From: a virus
Direction: 5' to 3' (one strand)
Virus record (IMG/VR): IMGVR_UViG_3300023184_000034
Location: 32,001-96,000 of that record
DNA: 64,000 bases
A program made the position numbers and the translations under genes. How positions within the stretch are numbered: the first letter of the stretch is position 1; the number at the start of each line of letters is the position of its first letter. Shown in pieces: positions 31,594 to 41,817 of the stretch. The notes below the pieces were generated by a model. That model saw nothing but the letters and a program-made list of their open reading frames with translations. It searched no databases and was not told where the DNA came from.

Positions 31594-33840
31594 ATGACTT
31601 ACCAAGTTTCTTATACTGATACCACAAATCCAAACAAAGTACCAATCAGGGTTGCAGATGGCACTATTAATTCCGCGTCAACCAGTTTAAAATTTGTTGG
31701 CCAATCTTATCCAAAATACAGTGAAGCAATTGCTGAAGATTTTTTACATCTGTTAGAAAACTTTGCATCGCCATTTGCTCCGGGTACCGACACCAATAAC
31801 CCAATGGGTCCTCCACTTCAAGGACAACTGTGGTACGATACCAGTGTTAGTATACTAAAAGTTTATGACGGCACCAACTGGTCAACAGCTGGCAACTTGA
31901 AAAAAAGTTCGTCAGCACCAGCTGTTGCCAGCAGTGTGGCTGGAGATTTGTGGTCAAACATTGCAACAAATCAATTGTATTTTTTTACAGGCAGTAACTG
32001 GGTACTTATTGGACCACAATTCAGTGCAGGTACACAAACTGGCCCAATTGTTGAAGAAATTATTGATACAAGTAACATTGCCCACAGTGTTATATCCATG
32101 TATGCCAATAATTCTAGAATCAGCATAATAAGTAAAGAAAAATTTATACCCAAAGCCACTATACTGGGTTTTGCCACAGTGAATCAAGGCATCACACTCA
32201 GCACAGTTGATGCAACCAGCACAGTGAGTCCAATTAGATTTCATGGAACAGCCACCAGTGCTGATAGTTTATTAGTCAACGGTTCTGCGATCAATGCAAG
32301 TAATTTTTTAACCACAGACGGTACCACAAACATTACCAATTATCCGTTCAACATTCGTGTTGACACTGGTATCAGCATAGGTTCCAACTTGGGACTTAAC
32401 ATTGGCGTAACCAATAACACACCCACAATCACATATGGCGGCAGCGGCTCAAATTTAAATATTAGATTAACCAATTCCAGTGGCGTTCTAACTACAGTTA
32501 TTCATGCAGATCCCTCGGGCAAAGTTGGTATTGGAGTTGATAAAATAGATCCAGCCACAGCATTGGATGTGGCTGGTACTATCACAGCATCCACGGGTAT
32601 TAACATACTGGGCACAGCTGACGCTAGTTACAGCACCGGTACATTGTTTACCACAGCTGCAGGAAGTATTGTTTCTCAGGGCGGTTTGGCAGTAGCAAAG
32701 AAAGCCATTATTGGCAACAATTTGACTGTGTATGGACAAAGTTTCTTCAATTATTATGATAACACATCAACACCAATTGCAGCTCCGGTATTGGTACCTG
32801 GCTATAGCACTAACGCAGTTGAAGCAACCAATTTGGCAATCCCATATGTGGTAACGGGTGTGTATGATATTGGATCACTAACGCGACCTTTTAGAAACAT
32901 TTATGCAAGCAGCTTTGCTGGAAATTTTTCCGGAGTATTTTCTGGCATATTAGAAGGCAGCGTAAGTGGATCTGCGGCTCTGTTGGCCAGCCCAACTATT
33001 TTCAGCATTGCTGGCGATTTAACCAGCAATTCTGTAAGTTTTAATGGACAAAGTGAAACTGGCACTGCTGTTTTTAATGCAACTATCAGTTCAAATGTTA
33101 TCAGTAGTAAAACAGCTGCTACTGATTCGTTTGTTGATGACCAATTATTGGTTTTTAGAGCAGGTTCTGGCTTGCTAAAAATGGCCAAAAGTGTGTTCAC
33201 TCAACATATTGCAGTTGTGCCTATTTCTACGATTCTGCCATTTGCAGGCACAACGTTGCCCACCGGTTACTTGTTCTGCGATGGATCCGAAGTTTTAATT
33301 TCAGCATACCCGGATTTGTTTAGCGTTATTGGTTTCACTTACAAAAATACAGTGTATTTGCTGGGTGCTGGAACATTTGCACTGCCAGACTTACGAGGCC
33401 GTTTTCCGTTAGGCGCTGATAACATGATCAACGACAACAACACTGTTCCCAGCAGAACCGGCGGCACCCAGATTAATACTGTTACTGATTTGAACGGCAA
33501 TTCCAGCACTTCTGCACACAGAGTCAATGAAGTCACGGCCAGCGTAGTGGGTTCAGGTAATGCAGCTGCAACAGGGTCTGTTGCACTTACTTCTGCCAAT
33601 TTGCCAGATCATACGCATACTTTGAAAAGTGCCGCTGGTGTTTCATATTATGCCGGAAGTTCTCCAGGCAGCGCATCGGATTCTGCCAGCGGTGCCACAG
33701 CAGGTTATGGTTTAAGTGGTTCTAGTACAGGTTCTGGTATCCCTAATACTGGGATAGTCAACGGCGCAACTGGATCGGGTATTAATGTAATGAATCCGTA
33801 CCAAACTATTAACTACATAATATTTACGGGTAAAATTTAA
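31594..33840 (+). CDS. Tail fibre with phage tail-collar domain (gp12-like short fibre)
   Basis: Collar motif P.GTILPFAG...P.GYL.CDG...YPDLF.VIG...FALPDLRGRFP.G; C-terminal NLPDHTH...MNPYQTINYII; start ATG 31594. Confidence 0.85.
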   Translation: MTYQVSYTDTTNPNKVPIRVADGTINSASTSLKFVGQSYPKYSEAIAEDFLHLLENFASPFAPGTDTNNPMGPPLQGQLWYDTSVSILKVYDGTNWSTAGNLKKSSSAPAVASSVAGDLWSNIATNQLYFFTGSNWVLIGPQFSAGTQTGPIVEEIIDTSNIAHSVISMYANNSRISIISKEKFIPKATILGFATVNQGITLSTVDATSTVSPIRFHGTATSADSLLVNGSAINASNFLTTDGTTNITNYPFNIRVDTGISIGSNLGLNIGVTNNTPTITYGGSGSNLNIRLTNSSGVLTTVIHADPSGKVGIGVDKIDPATALDVAGTITASTGINILGTADASYSTGTLFTTAAGSIVSQGGLAVAKKAIIGNNLTVYGQSFFNYYDNTSTPIAAPVLVPGYSTNAVEATNLAIPYVVTGVYDIGSLTRPFRNIYASSFAGNFSGVFSGILEGSVSGSAALLASPTIFSIAGDLTSNSVSFNGQSETGTAVFNATISSNVISSKTAATDSFVDDQLLVFRAGSGLLKMAKSVFTQHIAVVPISTILPFAGTTLPTGYLFCDGSEVLISAYPDLFSVIGFTYKNTVYLLGAGTFALPDLRGRFPLGADNMINDNNTVPSRTGGTQINTVTDLNGNSSTSAHRVNEVTASVVGSGNAAATGSVALTSANLPDHTHTLKSAAGVSYYAGSSPGSASDSASGATAGYGLSGSSTGSGIPNTGIVNGATGSGINVMNPYQTINYIIFTGKI

Positions 33841-35750
33841 TGAGCTATAACATTACACTCACCAATGGCACAACGTTAACCAAAGTTAACGATGGTACTA
33901 TAAATCAAACAGTTACAGACCTCACACTTATAGGTAAAAATTCCACAGGGTACGGTGGATTTTTTAATGATAACTTTGTGAGGTTGTTGGAAAATTTCTC
34001 CAATTCAAGCCAACCCAATTATCCGTTGACTGGTCAATTGTGGTACGATACCAGTGAAAACAGACTTAAAATTTATAACGGATCTGCATTCACTACCACA
34101 AGTGGAACAATTGTTTCATCCACAGTACCAAGCAATATTGGAGTAGGTGATATTTGGATTGACAATGTGTTGGGTCAAATGCATTTTAATGACGGACTCA
34201 ACACTGTGCTTGCTGGCCCAATTTACAATTCTAATCAGGGAATTACAGGGTTCAATGTGGAAGATGTTATTGATACTGCAGGCAGAACTCAAACTGTACT
34301 GGTTTTGTATGTGGCAAGAACTATCCTTGGTATTTTTAGCAAAACTACTTTTACACCGGCCTTGCCTATACCAGGATTCACAAACATATCTCAGTTTACA
34401 GGAAGTCAATTTGGCAATGTGCTGACAGTTACCAGCATTGCTGTTGGTTCTTTAACAGTGGGACAAGTGGTTGCAGCAAATGGCATAGCAACTGGCACAC
34501 TAATTACTGGTCAACTGTCAGGAATAACCGGCGGCACCGGAACTTATTCGTTGAGTTTGTCTGGTGTAGTGTTAACCACAACAATGACAGCGTCTTCCAA
34601 TGTGGTTAGAATAGGATTTAATACTGGAACTTTTCCCGGTGTTGTGTTTGATGCAATTGCCTCCAGAACACAATCTTTGATAGCTGCAGACGGCAGTTTA
34701 AAAACAGCTGATGATTTTATTTCTGCCAGTGAGGATTCAACCAGCAACGGACAATTGAGTATTAGAAATAATATCCCACTGATTCTAGGTGCTGGTTCTA
34801 ATGTACAGCTTAAAATAGACACCAACAGCAACACGTTCCAAATGAATTCCAACACTGCTAATTTGAACTTTGGAATTAATTTACAAACAAACGGAGCATT
34901 GCAACCCAGTTTGTTTATTGCAGGATCGTCTCAATTTGTTGGTTTGGGCACTCAAATACCCACAGCCAAATTGGATGTCAACGGCGACACTGTTATTCGT
35001 GGAAACTTAACAGTTCAAGGCACAACACAGACCATTAGCAGTACCACTGTGACCATTGCTGATAAGAATATAGAGTTGGGCAAGGTCACCAATCCCACCA
35101 ACACCACTGCAGAAAGCGGTGGAATTACATTAAAGGGTACCACTGACAAGACCGTGGTGTGGTCCGTGACTGCCACATCAACTGGGTCCAACACAGGTTA
35201 TTGGAATTTTTCAGATTTTGTCAACATCAGTAGCAGCGGCGCAAATGTGGGGTATTATATTAATGGAAACAGTGTGTTAAGCGCAACCACACTGGGTTCT
35301 GGAATCACAGGAGCACCTGGCTTAACCAGTGTTGGCGCACTGACTTCACTGCAAGCTGCATACATCAATATCAACGGAAGTACTATTTCCTATGTACACT
35401 CTGCCACAAACGGCAATATTACACTTACTCCAAAAGGTTCCGGATATGTGAGTGTCAGTTCTGCATTAATTTCCAACGTGGGAACACCAGTTAGTGGAAC
35501 AGATGCTGCTAACAAGACTTATGTAGATAACCAAATTAAATCATCTCCATTGGGATTATACATTGATTTTACCGCACTGGGCATCTCGCTGGGATCAGCA
35601 AATGCTTCAATAATTAACCTTTTAACTAAAGTCTATCCTCCAGCCATCACCACAAGTACCACAACTTGCCGTGTGTTGTGTAGTGACGGCACAGTTAGGG
35701 AATTCACGTCCAGCGGAACAGCATGGTTATACACCCAAGTAATAACTTAA
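33840..35750 (+). CDS. Tail fibre protein (paralogous N-terminus)
   Basis: DGT.N...DLTLIGKN..GYG...NF..LLENF...GQLWYD; DAANKTYVD motif. Confidence 0.75.
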   Translation: MSYNITLTNGTTLTKVNDGTINQTVTDLTLIGKNSTGYGGFFNDNFVRLLENFSNSSQPNYPLTGQLWYDTSENRLKIYNGSAFTTTSGTIVSSTVPSNIGVGDIWIDNVLGQMHFNDGLNTVLAGPIYNSNQGITGFNVEDVIDTAGRTQTVLVLYVARTILGIFSKTTFTPALPIPGFTNISQFTGSQFGNVLTVTSIAVGSLTVGQVVAANGIATGTLITGQLSGITGGTGTYSLSLSGVVLTTTMTASSNVVRIGFNTGTFPGVVFDAIASRTQSLIAADGSLKTADDFISASEDSTSNGQLSIRNNIPLILGAGSNVQLKIDTNSNTFQMNSNTANLNFGINLQTNGALQPSLFIAGSSQFVGLGTQIPTAKLDVNGDTVIRGNLTVQGTTQTISSTTVTIADKNIELGKVTNPTNTTAESGGITLKGTTDKTVVWSVTATSTGSNTGYWNFSDFVNISSSGANVGYYINGNSVLSATTLGSGITGAPGLTSVGALTSLQAAYININGSTISYVHSATNGNITLTPKGSGYVSVSSALISNVGTPVSGTDAANKTYVDNQIKSSPLGLYIDFTALGISLGSANASIINLLTKVYPPAITTSTTTCRVLCSDGTVREFTSSGTAWLYTQVIT

Positions 35751-35756
35751 AACAGC

Positions 35757-35763
35757 ATAAATA
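35757..35763 (+). promoter_or_regulatory. Late promoter core ATAAATA
   Basis: Intergenic ATAAATA about 20 nt upstream of ATG 35785; AAGGA Shine-Dalgarno follows. Confidence 0.5.
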
Positions 35764-35784
35764 CTAGAATAAGGAACGAGCGAG

Positions 35785-37281
35785 ATGGCATATACAATAA
35801 ACAGATATAATGGTACCGTATTAACTACAGTCGCAGACGGTACTGTTGATACCACAACTGACCTTACCTTTATTGGTAAGAATTATGCCGGATACGGTGA
35901 AAAACAAAACGAAAATTTCTTGTACTTATTAGAAAATTTTGCAAGTACATCAGCGCCGCCCACACCGTTAAAGGGACAGTTGTGGTTTGACAGCGGCACA
36001 AGCAAGTTAAAATTCTACGACGGATCTAAATTCAGAGCAACTGGCGGCGCAGAAACTGGCCCAACACAGCCAAGTGGATTTGCTGCCACTGGAGATTTTT
36101 GGTGGGACACTGTTAATCAACAACTGTATGCATGGTCTGGCACAGCATATCAATTGATTGGACCACAGGCTGTGACTGGTTTGGGCATTACCCAGATGCA
36201 ATCTATCAGCGTTAAGGATTTGGAAAATGGTGCGTCTCATGCTGTTGTTCAAGCTGCAATAAACGGCAAGGTGGCTTTTATTATCAGTTCAGACACTGCC
36301 TTTACATTGGATCCCACACTTAATGCCATCACAGGATTTGACAAAATACAACAAGGTGTCACATTAGCCTTCACAAAAAATGCCGACGCAGGCGTAACAA
36401 ACAGCAGTTCTAATTATAGATTTCACGGCACCGCAACCAATGCTGATAAATTGGGCGGCCAGGTTGCAAGTAACTATTTGTTGGCATCCAATTCCGCGTT
36501 CAGTCAAATTGTAAATTTTGCAGATGTGGGTTACAGCGTTGGCAACCCAACTGCAAAACTAAGAGTGTTTAATGATTCCACAAACAGTTTTTTCCCGACC
36601 ATTCTAAATCAATTCAATGACACAATTATATTTAAAACAACTGTGTCATCTGTTGCAAAAACTCCTTTGAAGTTAACAGGAACTGATGTTCTTCCAGGCA
36701 CAACATTGACCAACAACTTGGGAAGCTCGTCTTTGGTTTGGAACAGCGTGTATGCTTCAAACTTTGTGGGAACAGCAACCAATTCCAACTACTTGAACCT
36801 GGGCGGCTCTTACGTGTCAGCCACCACTGCTAGCACAGCCACTACTATTGTTGCTAGAGACGCCAATCGAGACATATTTGCCAACGTTTTTAACGGCACA
36901 TCAACCAGTGCCAACTATGCTGACTTGGCAGAAAAATATTTGGCAGACAAAGCATATGATCCTGGCACTGTGGTCTGTATTGGCGGAGCAGCAGAAGTAA
37001 CTGCTGCAACATCTGGCTCAATGGCAATTGGAGTTGTGAGTGCTAATCCAGCATACATGATGAACAGTGCGCTGGCGGGCGGCACCTATATTGCTTTAAA
37101 AGGCCGTGTGCCTGTGAAAATTATTGGCCCAGTACGCAAAGGCGATGCACTGGTGCCAGCAGGTGCGGGATCAGCCAAAACCGACGATTCAACAGTGCCA
37201 GGCCAGCATAGACAATTTGGTATTGCGTTGGAAGATAATGTGGAACCCGGTGTCAAACTTGTAGAGTGTGTGATACTTTAA
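35785..37281 (+). CDS. Tail fibre with C-terminal intramolecular chaperone/autocleavage (peptidase G2/S74-like) domain
   Basis: Paralogous LLENF N-terminus; C-terminal YADLAEKY...GTVV...GVVS.NPAY.MN...ALKGRVPVK. Confidence 0.75.
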   Translation: MAYTINRYNGTVLTTVADGTVDTTTDLTFIGKNYAGYGEKQNENFLYLLENFASTSAPPTPLKGQLWFDSGTSKLKFYDGSKFRATGGAETGPTQPSGFAATGDFWWDTVNQQLYAWSGTAYQLIGPQAVTGLGITQMQSISVKDLENGASHAVVQAAINGKVAFIISSDTAFTLDPTLNAITGFDKIQQGVTLAFTKNADAGVTNSSSNYRFHGTATNADKLGGQVASNYLLASNSAFSQIVNFADVGYSVGNPTAKLRVFNDSTNSFFPTILNQFNDTIIFKTTVSSVAKTPLKLTGTDVLPGTTLTNNLGSSSLVWNSVYASNFVGTATNSNYLNLGGSYVSATTASTATTIVARDANRDIFANVFNGTSTSANYADLAEKYLADKAYDPGTVVCIGGAAEVTAATSGSMAIGVVSANPAYMMNSALAGGTYIALKGRVPVKIIGPVRKGDALVPAGAGSAKTDDSTVPGQHRQFGIALEDNVEPGVKLVECVIL

Positions 37282-37308
37282 ATAATAAATGTTAAAAAGG
37301 GTTAAAAA

Positions 37309-40300
37309 ATGACTGCTGTTGGTACAAAAGTTTTTGCTTCAGAATACAATGCTATTCAAGCAGCCATTAGTACAGTGTTGGGAACAGGTGCCGGCGCATC
37401 GGGTTACGGACAAACTGTGCTTAGTTCACAAGTCAGCACCAGCTCCAGCATCACAGTTGCTCAGTGGGCAAATTTGAGAGCTGACTTGTTGAAAGCATAT
37501 TTGCATCAAGGCACACCAGGCGACTTACCACTGCCAAGTGTTCCTCAAAAGTCAACACTGCCATACACCATAGTTACATATTCTGATTACAATCGGTACT
37601 TGGATTTATCCAATGTTATCACAGCCAATGCAGGAGTTGCTCCTCCAGCTGGCCAAGCAACACTGCAAACATTTTCAACTGGATCTTATACATCGACTTG
37701 GAATGGCCAACTCACTCACTCAGTAGTACTGACATTTGCCACGGCTAATCAAGCAAGATTTTATTTCAACTCCGGCGGCAATATTCAATTCAGCGCCAGT
37801 TTGATCAACTATCCAGGATATCCAGGTTACGGCTCTCAAAGCGCCAGCTATGCAAAAAACAGCGATTGGAACATGTTGTTGAACAACATGGGCACAACCA
37901 CTTTTGGTAGAAACAGCACTGTGAACAGCGGCAACGGCACAGGACAAACAATTTTATCTGCTGTGGGATATTTTCAATTGACCACGGGCGAGCAAAATAT
38001 TTACCGCAAGACCACAAGCAGTGCATCCTACACACCTAACCAGTATGATTTGTATGCCAACGTGGATGCAACTGGTGCGGTTATAACATTCAATATCAGA
38101 TTTAAAGACCTATCCACAACAAGTGGCACTGGGTTTGGTGCAACTGACGAAAACGTGGAAGGTTCCTTGACCAGTTTGATACAGGGGTATTATGCGTCAG
38201 GCAGTTATGTTGCTGCAACACCGCCAGCAACCACAGCAGTATTTGCAGGCGGTGCTGTGGTGGCACCTCCTCCTCCTCCTCCTCCTCCTCCAATTTATGA
38301 ACCACCACCACCACCGGTAGTAGTTTACAACGAAGTTTTACTACCAACATCACCAATACGAGTTCAAACTAGTACTTCATTTGTTATATCAGCAAGTGGT
38401 GGTGTTCCTGGTACTTCTTATACTGTAAATGAAACTGGATCTGGTGCATATTCTAGTAATGGTGTATTAAACGGTGCCGGCGGCGCTACTATTAATATTT
38501 CAGCTAGTACTTTAACATCTGCAGGTACATACTCGTTTAATTTTGTTTTTAGTGGCAGCGGCAATTCTCGATCTGTTGCAGTAATCGCAGCAAACGCAAT
38601 ACCAAATCCAAGTTACGGACCATTTACAGTTAATCCAACTGTAGCTACTAACGGACAAACAATAACAGTAAGTGCAACAGTTTATAATTGTACTACAGCG
38701 GACTACTGGAACATACTTGTTCCTGACTCTGTTGGTACATATGCGGTTGCTACAGGCGCTGTAGCTAACTATGTAGCAGGTACACAAACATTTACTAGAA
38801 CATTTACATTCCAACAGGCAAATGCACCATATACAACGTTTTTCTCTATTGCTGGTAGCTGGGGAAGTTTAACTGCACAACAAGGCCCAACGGTAACATT
38901 GTATGTTGCACCACCTCCACCACCTCCACCGAGTTACGGTGCATATGGATGGAGTCCCGCGGGCCCAGTAAATGCAGGAACAAGCATAACATTCAGTGCC
39001 GTGGCCAACAATGCAATTGGAGACGTTTATGGAATTGGAACTACCAGTAACGGAACACCAACAGCAGTTAGTGGAGTGATTTCTACAAATCCGCAGACAA
39101 TTTCACGTACAATCACAGCGGTGTACAATGCAACTTACAGCCACAGTGGAAACTTTATATTGAACTCTCTCTCTCCATCTACAGTCCAATCGACGTTAAC
39201 TGTTAATGCTCCAGCCGCACCACCACCACCCACACCCACATACACAGTGTCGCCAGGTTCGCTGACAGTGAATGAAGGCGGCACAATATCCGTATCGATC
39301 ACCACAACCAATGTGTCCAATGGAACTTATCTGTATTGGCAATTGGCTCCCACAATCTCAGGCCTAACACCCGTTGCAGGATCTGGTGATTTTAGTAGTG
39401 CAATGTCTGGCAGTGTTCAAATAAACAGCAACGCTGGCTCCATTAACCTTGGTGTGCTTGCTGATGCACTAACAGAAGACACAGAATTTATTTCAGTTAG
39501 AGTTTATTCAGATTCAGGACTCACAAATCAAGTGGGATATGTGTCAGTTAGCATCCAGGATACCAGCACAACTCCTCCACCAAATCCAAGTATCAGCTCA
39601 GTCACAGCCAGTCCAAATCCAGCCACTAACGGCCAAACAATAACTTTAAGTGTCACTGTGATTAATATGCGTGCTGAGCTGGGCAACGGCAACAACGGCT
39701 TCGGCGCTTTAAGCATTTCCGCGATATCTCCAGCAGCAGAGCAAGTCGGTGCATCTTATTATCTTCCCGCGCAGAACGGAACTGTGATAACTACCCACAC
39801 ATTCACATTCCTGGCGGCGCAGGCTCCTTACACAACCTCCGCCCATCTGGGTTCATTTTACCCACAATCTGTGACCGCAGGGCCAACCATCACTCTGTAT
39901 GTTCCACCTCCGCCACCATATGTACCACCACCGCCACCTTATGTGCCACCTTATGTGCCACCAGCGTTTCTCTACACTGTGACTTGGCCAGGACCCAGCT
40001 GGAATATTAACGTGCCTGCTGATGGCTCAGCCATCAGCACATCAGTATCAGTTTATTGCAGTTCTGGCAGCGGCACATATGAAGTTCAAGAAACAAGCAG
40101 ACCAGCTGCTGTGTCAGTGGCAGTGGATGGTGTGTCAGGTCCTGCCAGGATCTCACAGTATATATCAGCAGGTCAAACTAGATCACACACAGTAACAGTG
40201 TATGCAAATCCGCCTGGCGCAGGATACAACGGCAGCTTCTGGGCAGGCGGCGTTTCTTACCCTTGGACTGCAACCTTCAGAGGTAGTCCACGTGTTACGG

Positions 40301-40560
40301 CATATGTCTTTATTCCAACCCCAACCTATGTAGGCCAGTACGTGCTGTTTGCTGTTGATGTGGCTGATGCAGATGGCCTGACCTGGGGCGCAAATGTATA
40401 TACCAACAACTTCTACGCCATAGGCAGCGCGAGTGGCACTGTTAGTGGCAATCAGCTTCATGCCATCATAATTGGTGGATTCTATACCACTGCCGGCATG
40501 AATCTGGGAACATTTTATTTGGGCGGCGTTGGGGTTGTTCAGACACAAGTCAATCTTTAA
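37309..40560 (+). CDS. Virion structural/appendage protein with polyproline linkers separating Ig/Calx-beta-like domains
   Basis: Structural-type N-terminus (YNAIQ..GYGQ..WANLRADL); P9, P5, P7, P4 and P3 runs and YVPPPPPYVPPPPPYVPPYVPP; internal domain duplication. Confidence 0.7.
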   Translation: MTAVGTKVFASEYNAIQAAISTVLGTGAGASGYGQTVLSSQVSTSSSITVAQWANLRADLLKAYLHQGTPGDLPLPSVPQKSTLPYTIVTYSDYNRYLDLSNVITANAGVAPPAGQATLQTFSTGSYTSTWNGQLTHSVVLTFATANQARFYFNSGGNIQFSASLINYPGYPGYGSQSASYAKNSDWNMLLNNMGTTTFGRNSTVNSGNGTGQTILSAVGYFQLTTGEQNIYRKTTSSASYTPNQYDLYANVDATGAVITFNIRFKDLSTTSGTGFGATDENVEGSLTSLIQGYYASGSYVAATPPATTAVFAGGAVVAPPPPPPPPPIYEPPPPPVVVYNEVLLPTSPIRVQTSTSFVISASGGVPGTSYTVNETGSGAYSSNGVLNGAGGATINISASTLTSAGTYSFNFVFSGSGNSRSVAVIAANAIPNPSYGPFTVNPTVATNGQTITVSATVYNCTTADYWNILVPDSVGTYAVATGAVANYVAGTQTFTRTFTFQQANAPYTTFFSIAGSWGSLTAQQGPTVTLYVAPPPPPPPSYGAYGWSPAGPVNAGTSITFSAVANNAIGDVYGIGTTSNGTPTAVSGVISTNPQTISRTITAVYNATYSHSGNFILNSLSPSTVQSTLTVNAPAAPPPPTPTYTVSPGSLTVNEGGTISVSITTTNVSNGTYLYWQLAPTISGLTPVAGSGDFSSAMSGSVQINSNAGSINLGVLADALTEDTEFISVRVYSDSGLTNQVGYVSVSIQDTSTTPPPNPSISSVTASPNPATNGQTITLSVTVINMRAELGNGNNGFGALSISAISPAAEQVGASYYLPAQNGTVITTHTFTFLAAQAPYTTSAHLGSFYPQSVTAGPTITLYVPPPPPYVPPPPPYVPPYVPPAFLYTVTWPGPSWNINVPADGSAISTSVSVYCSSGSGTYEVQETSRPAAVSVAVDGVSGPARISQYISAGQTRSHTVTVYANPPGAGYNGSFWAGGVSYPWTATFRGSPRVTAYVFIPTPTYVGQYVLFAVDVADADGLTWGANVYTNNFYAIGSASGTVSGNQLHAIIIGGFYTTAGMNLGTFYLGGVGVVQTQVNL
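38266..38316 (+). repeat. (CCT)8 / (CCA)n proline-coding microsatellites
   Basis: cctcctcctcctcctcctcctcctcca then ccaccaccaccaccg. Confidence 0.9.
39898..39963 (+). repeat. Extensin-like Tyr-Val-Pro(n) repeat
   Basis: YVPPPPP YVPPPPP YVPP YVPP. Confidence 0.85.
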
Positions 40561-41147
40561 TGACCTTTGATTTATTAAACGAAACACCCAAGGTAGTTTA
40601 TTATCATAATGCACTCACTGAAAAGGAGTGCGATTATGTTATTAAAAATGCTGATAATTTTGAAAAATCTTTGGGTTTTGATTTAGCGTCAAAACAACCA
40701 AAACCCACAGAATGGCGCACCAGCAGCAATCATTTTGACCATGCTGGCAAGTTCAAATACATCACGGAAAAAGCTGCAGAGCTTTCAAATCATCCAGTTG
40801 TTAATATTGAACCTCCGCAAATATTAAAATACCAAATTGATGAGTTTTATAAACCGCATCACGATTTTTTTAATTTTCCGCCTGACATAATTACCACACA
40901 CAATGACAGGGTTGGCACTGTTATTTTTTATTTGAACGATGCTTTTCTTGGCGGCGCAACTCGTTTTCCTTCATTAAACATCACTGTTCGTCCACGAAAG
41001 GGATCTGCATTGTTCTTTGAGTATAATTATTCTAAAGATATCAATTACTTAACAATGCACGGAGGAATGCCTGTGATTCAAGGCACCAAGTACATTGCTA
41101 CTTCTTGGATACGCGGCAATCAGTGGGGACACACCCATGGCTCTTAA
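40560..41147 (+). CDS. Prolyl 4-hydroxylase-like 2OG-Fe(II) dioxygenase
   Basis: RTS, QILKY, YKPHHDFF (HxD), RVGTVIFYLND..GGATRFP, HGGMPVIQGTKYIATSWIR (distal His plus Lys): the canonical P4H alpha-subunit pattern. Confidence 0.85.
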   Translation: MTFDLLNETPKVVYYHNALTEKECDYVIKNADNFEKSLGFDLASKQPKPTEWRTSSNHFDHAGKFKYITEKAAELSNHPVVNIEPPQILKYQIDEFYKPHHDFFNFPPDIITTHNDRVGTVIFYLNDAFLGGATRFPSLNITVRPRKGSALFFEYNYSKDINYLTMHGGMPVIQGTKYIATSWIRGNQWGHTHGS

Positions 41148-41751
41148 CCACGTTGACACAGGTTATAAAACAATTTTTAGAATTGATAATGCATTAGATA
41201 CAGAAATTTGTGATCAACTTTGTAATTTTATGATCACACATAAATTAAAATCAAATCCAACTGATAATTTATTACCATGGTTTGATGGCGAGACATGCAT
41301 TCCGTGGGAATTAGATAATATCAATTTGAAAAAACAAATTGTTGCCTATAGAAAATTAGTTACAGAAATAGTGTCTGAAAAATTTAATCAAACGCTATAT
41401 CCAGAATTTACTCATCTTGTACTGTGGCGCACTGGCAGACAAATGCCCCGCCACAAAGATGATGGGTATAATGAGAATGATCCACTTGCAACAAGAAAAG
41501 TCAGTTGTGTAACTTATCTAAATGATGATTTTACAGGTGGCCAAACGTTTGTGTCTAATGAAACTGGCATTGATTATATCAGTAGACCCATTAAGGGATC
41601 TCTTGTTTGTTATCTAAGTGATAGTACAAACCAGCACGGTGTAAATCCAATATTGTCAGGCAATCGTGTTACTATGCCAATTTGGTTTTGTAGTGATATA
41701 ACCAAATCTGAAGATGTTAAGCTGAGTAATATTATTCAGTCACTTTTATAA
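41137..41751 (+). CDS. 2OG-Fe(II) oxygenase (prolyl-hydroxylase-like, second family)
   Basis: MPRHKDD (HxD), SCVTYLNDDFTGG, HGVNPILSGNR; start ATG 41137. Confidence 0.8.
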   Translation: MALNHVDTGYKTIFRIDNALDTEICDQLCNFMITHKLKSNPTDNLLPWFDGETCIPWELDNINLKKQIVAYRKLVTEIVSEKFNQTLYPEFTHLVLWRTGRQMPRHKDDGYNENDPLATRKVSCVTYLNDDFTGGQTFVSNETGIDYISRPIKGSLVCYLSDSTNQHGVNPILSGNRVTMPIWFCSDITKSEDVKLSNIIQSLL

Positions 41752-41769
41752 AATAATCATCCTCGGCTC

Positions 41770-41798
41770 TTGACAAGATAATTAAAGTAGTGTATTAT
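41770..41798 (+). promoter_or_regulatory. Sigma70-type promoter (with an embedded late-like ATAATTA) upstream of the glycosyltransferase cluster
   Basis: TTGACA-17 nt-TATTAT; GGAG Shine-Dalgarno before ATG 41818. Confidence 0.7.
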
Positions 41799-41817
41799 AA
41801 GCATTACGGAGTTATCT

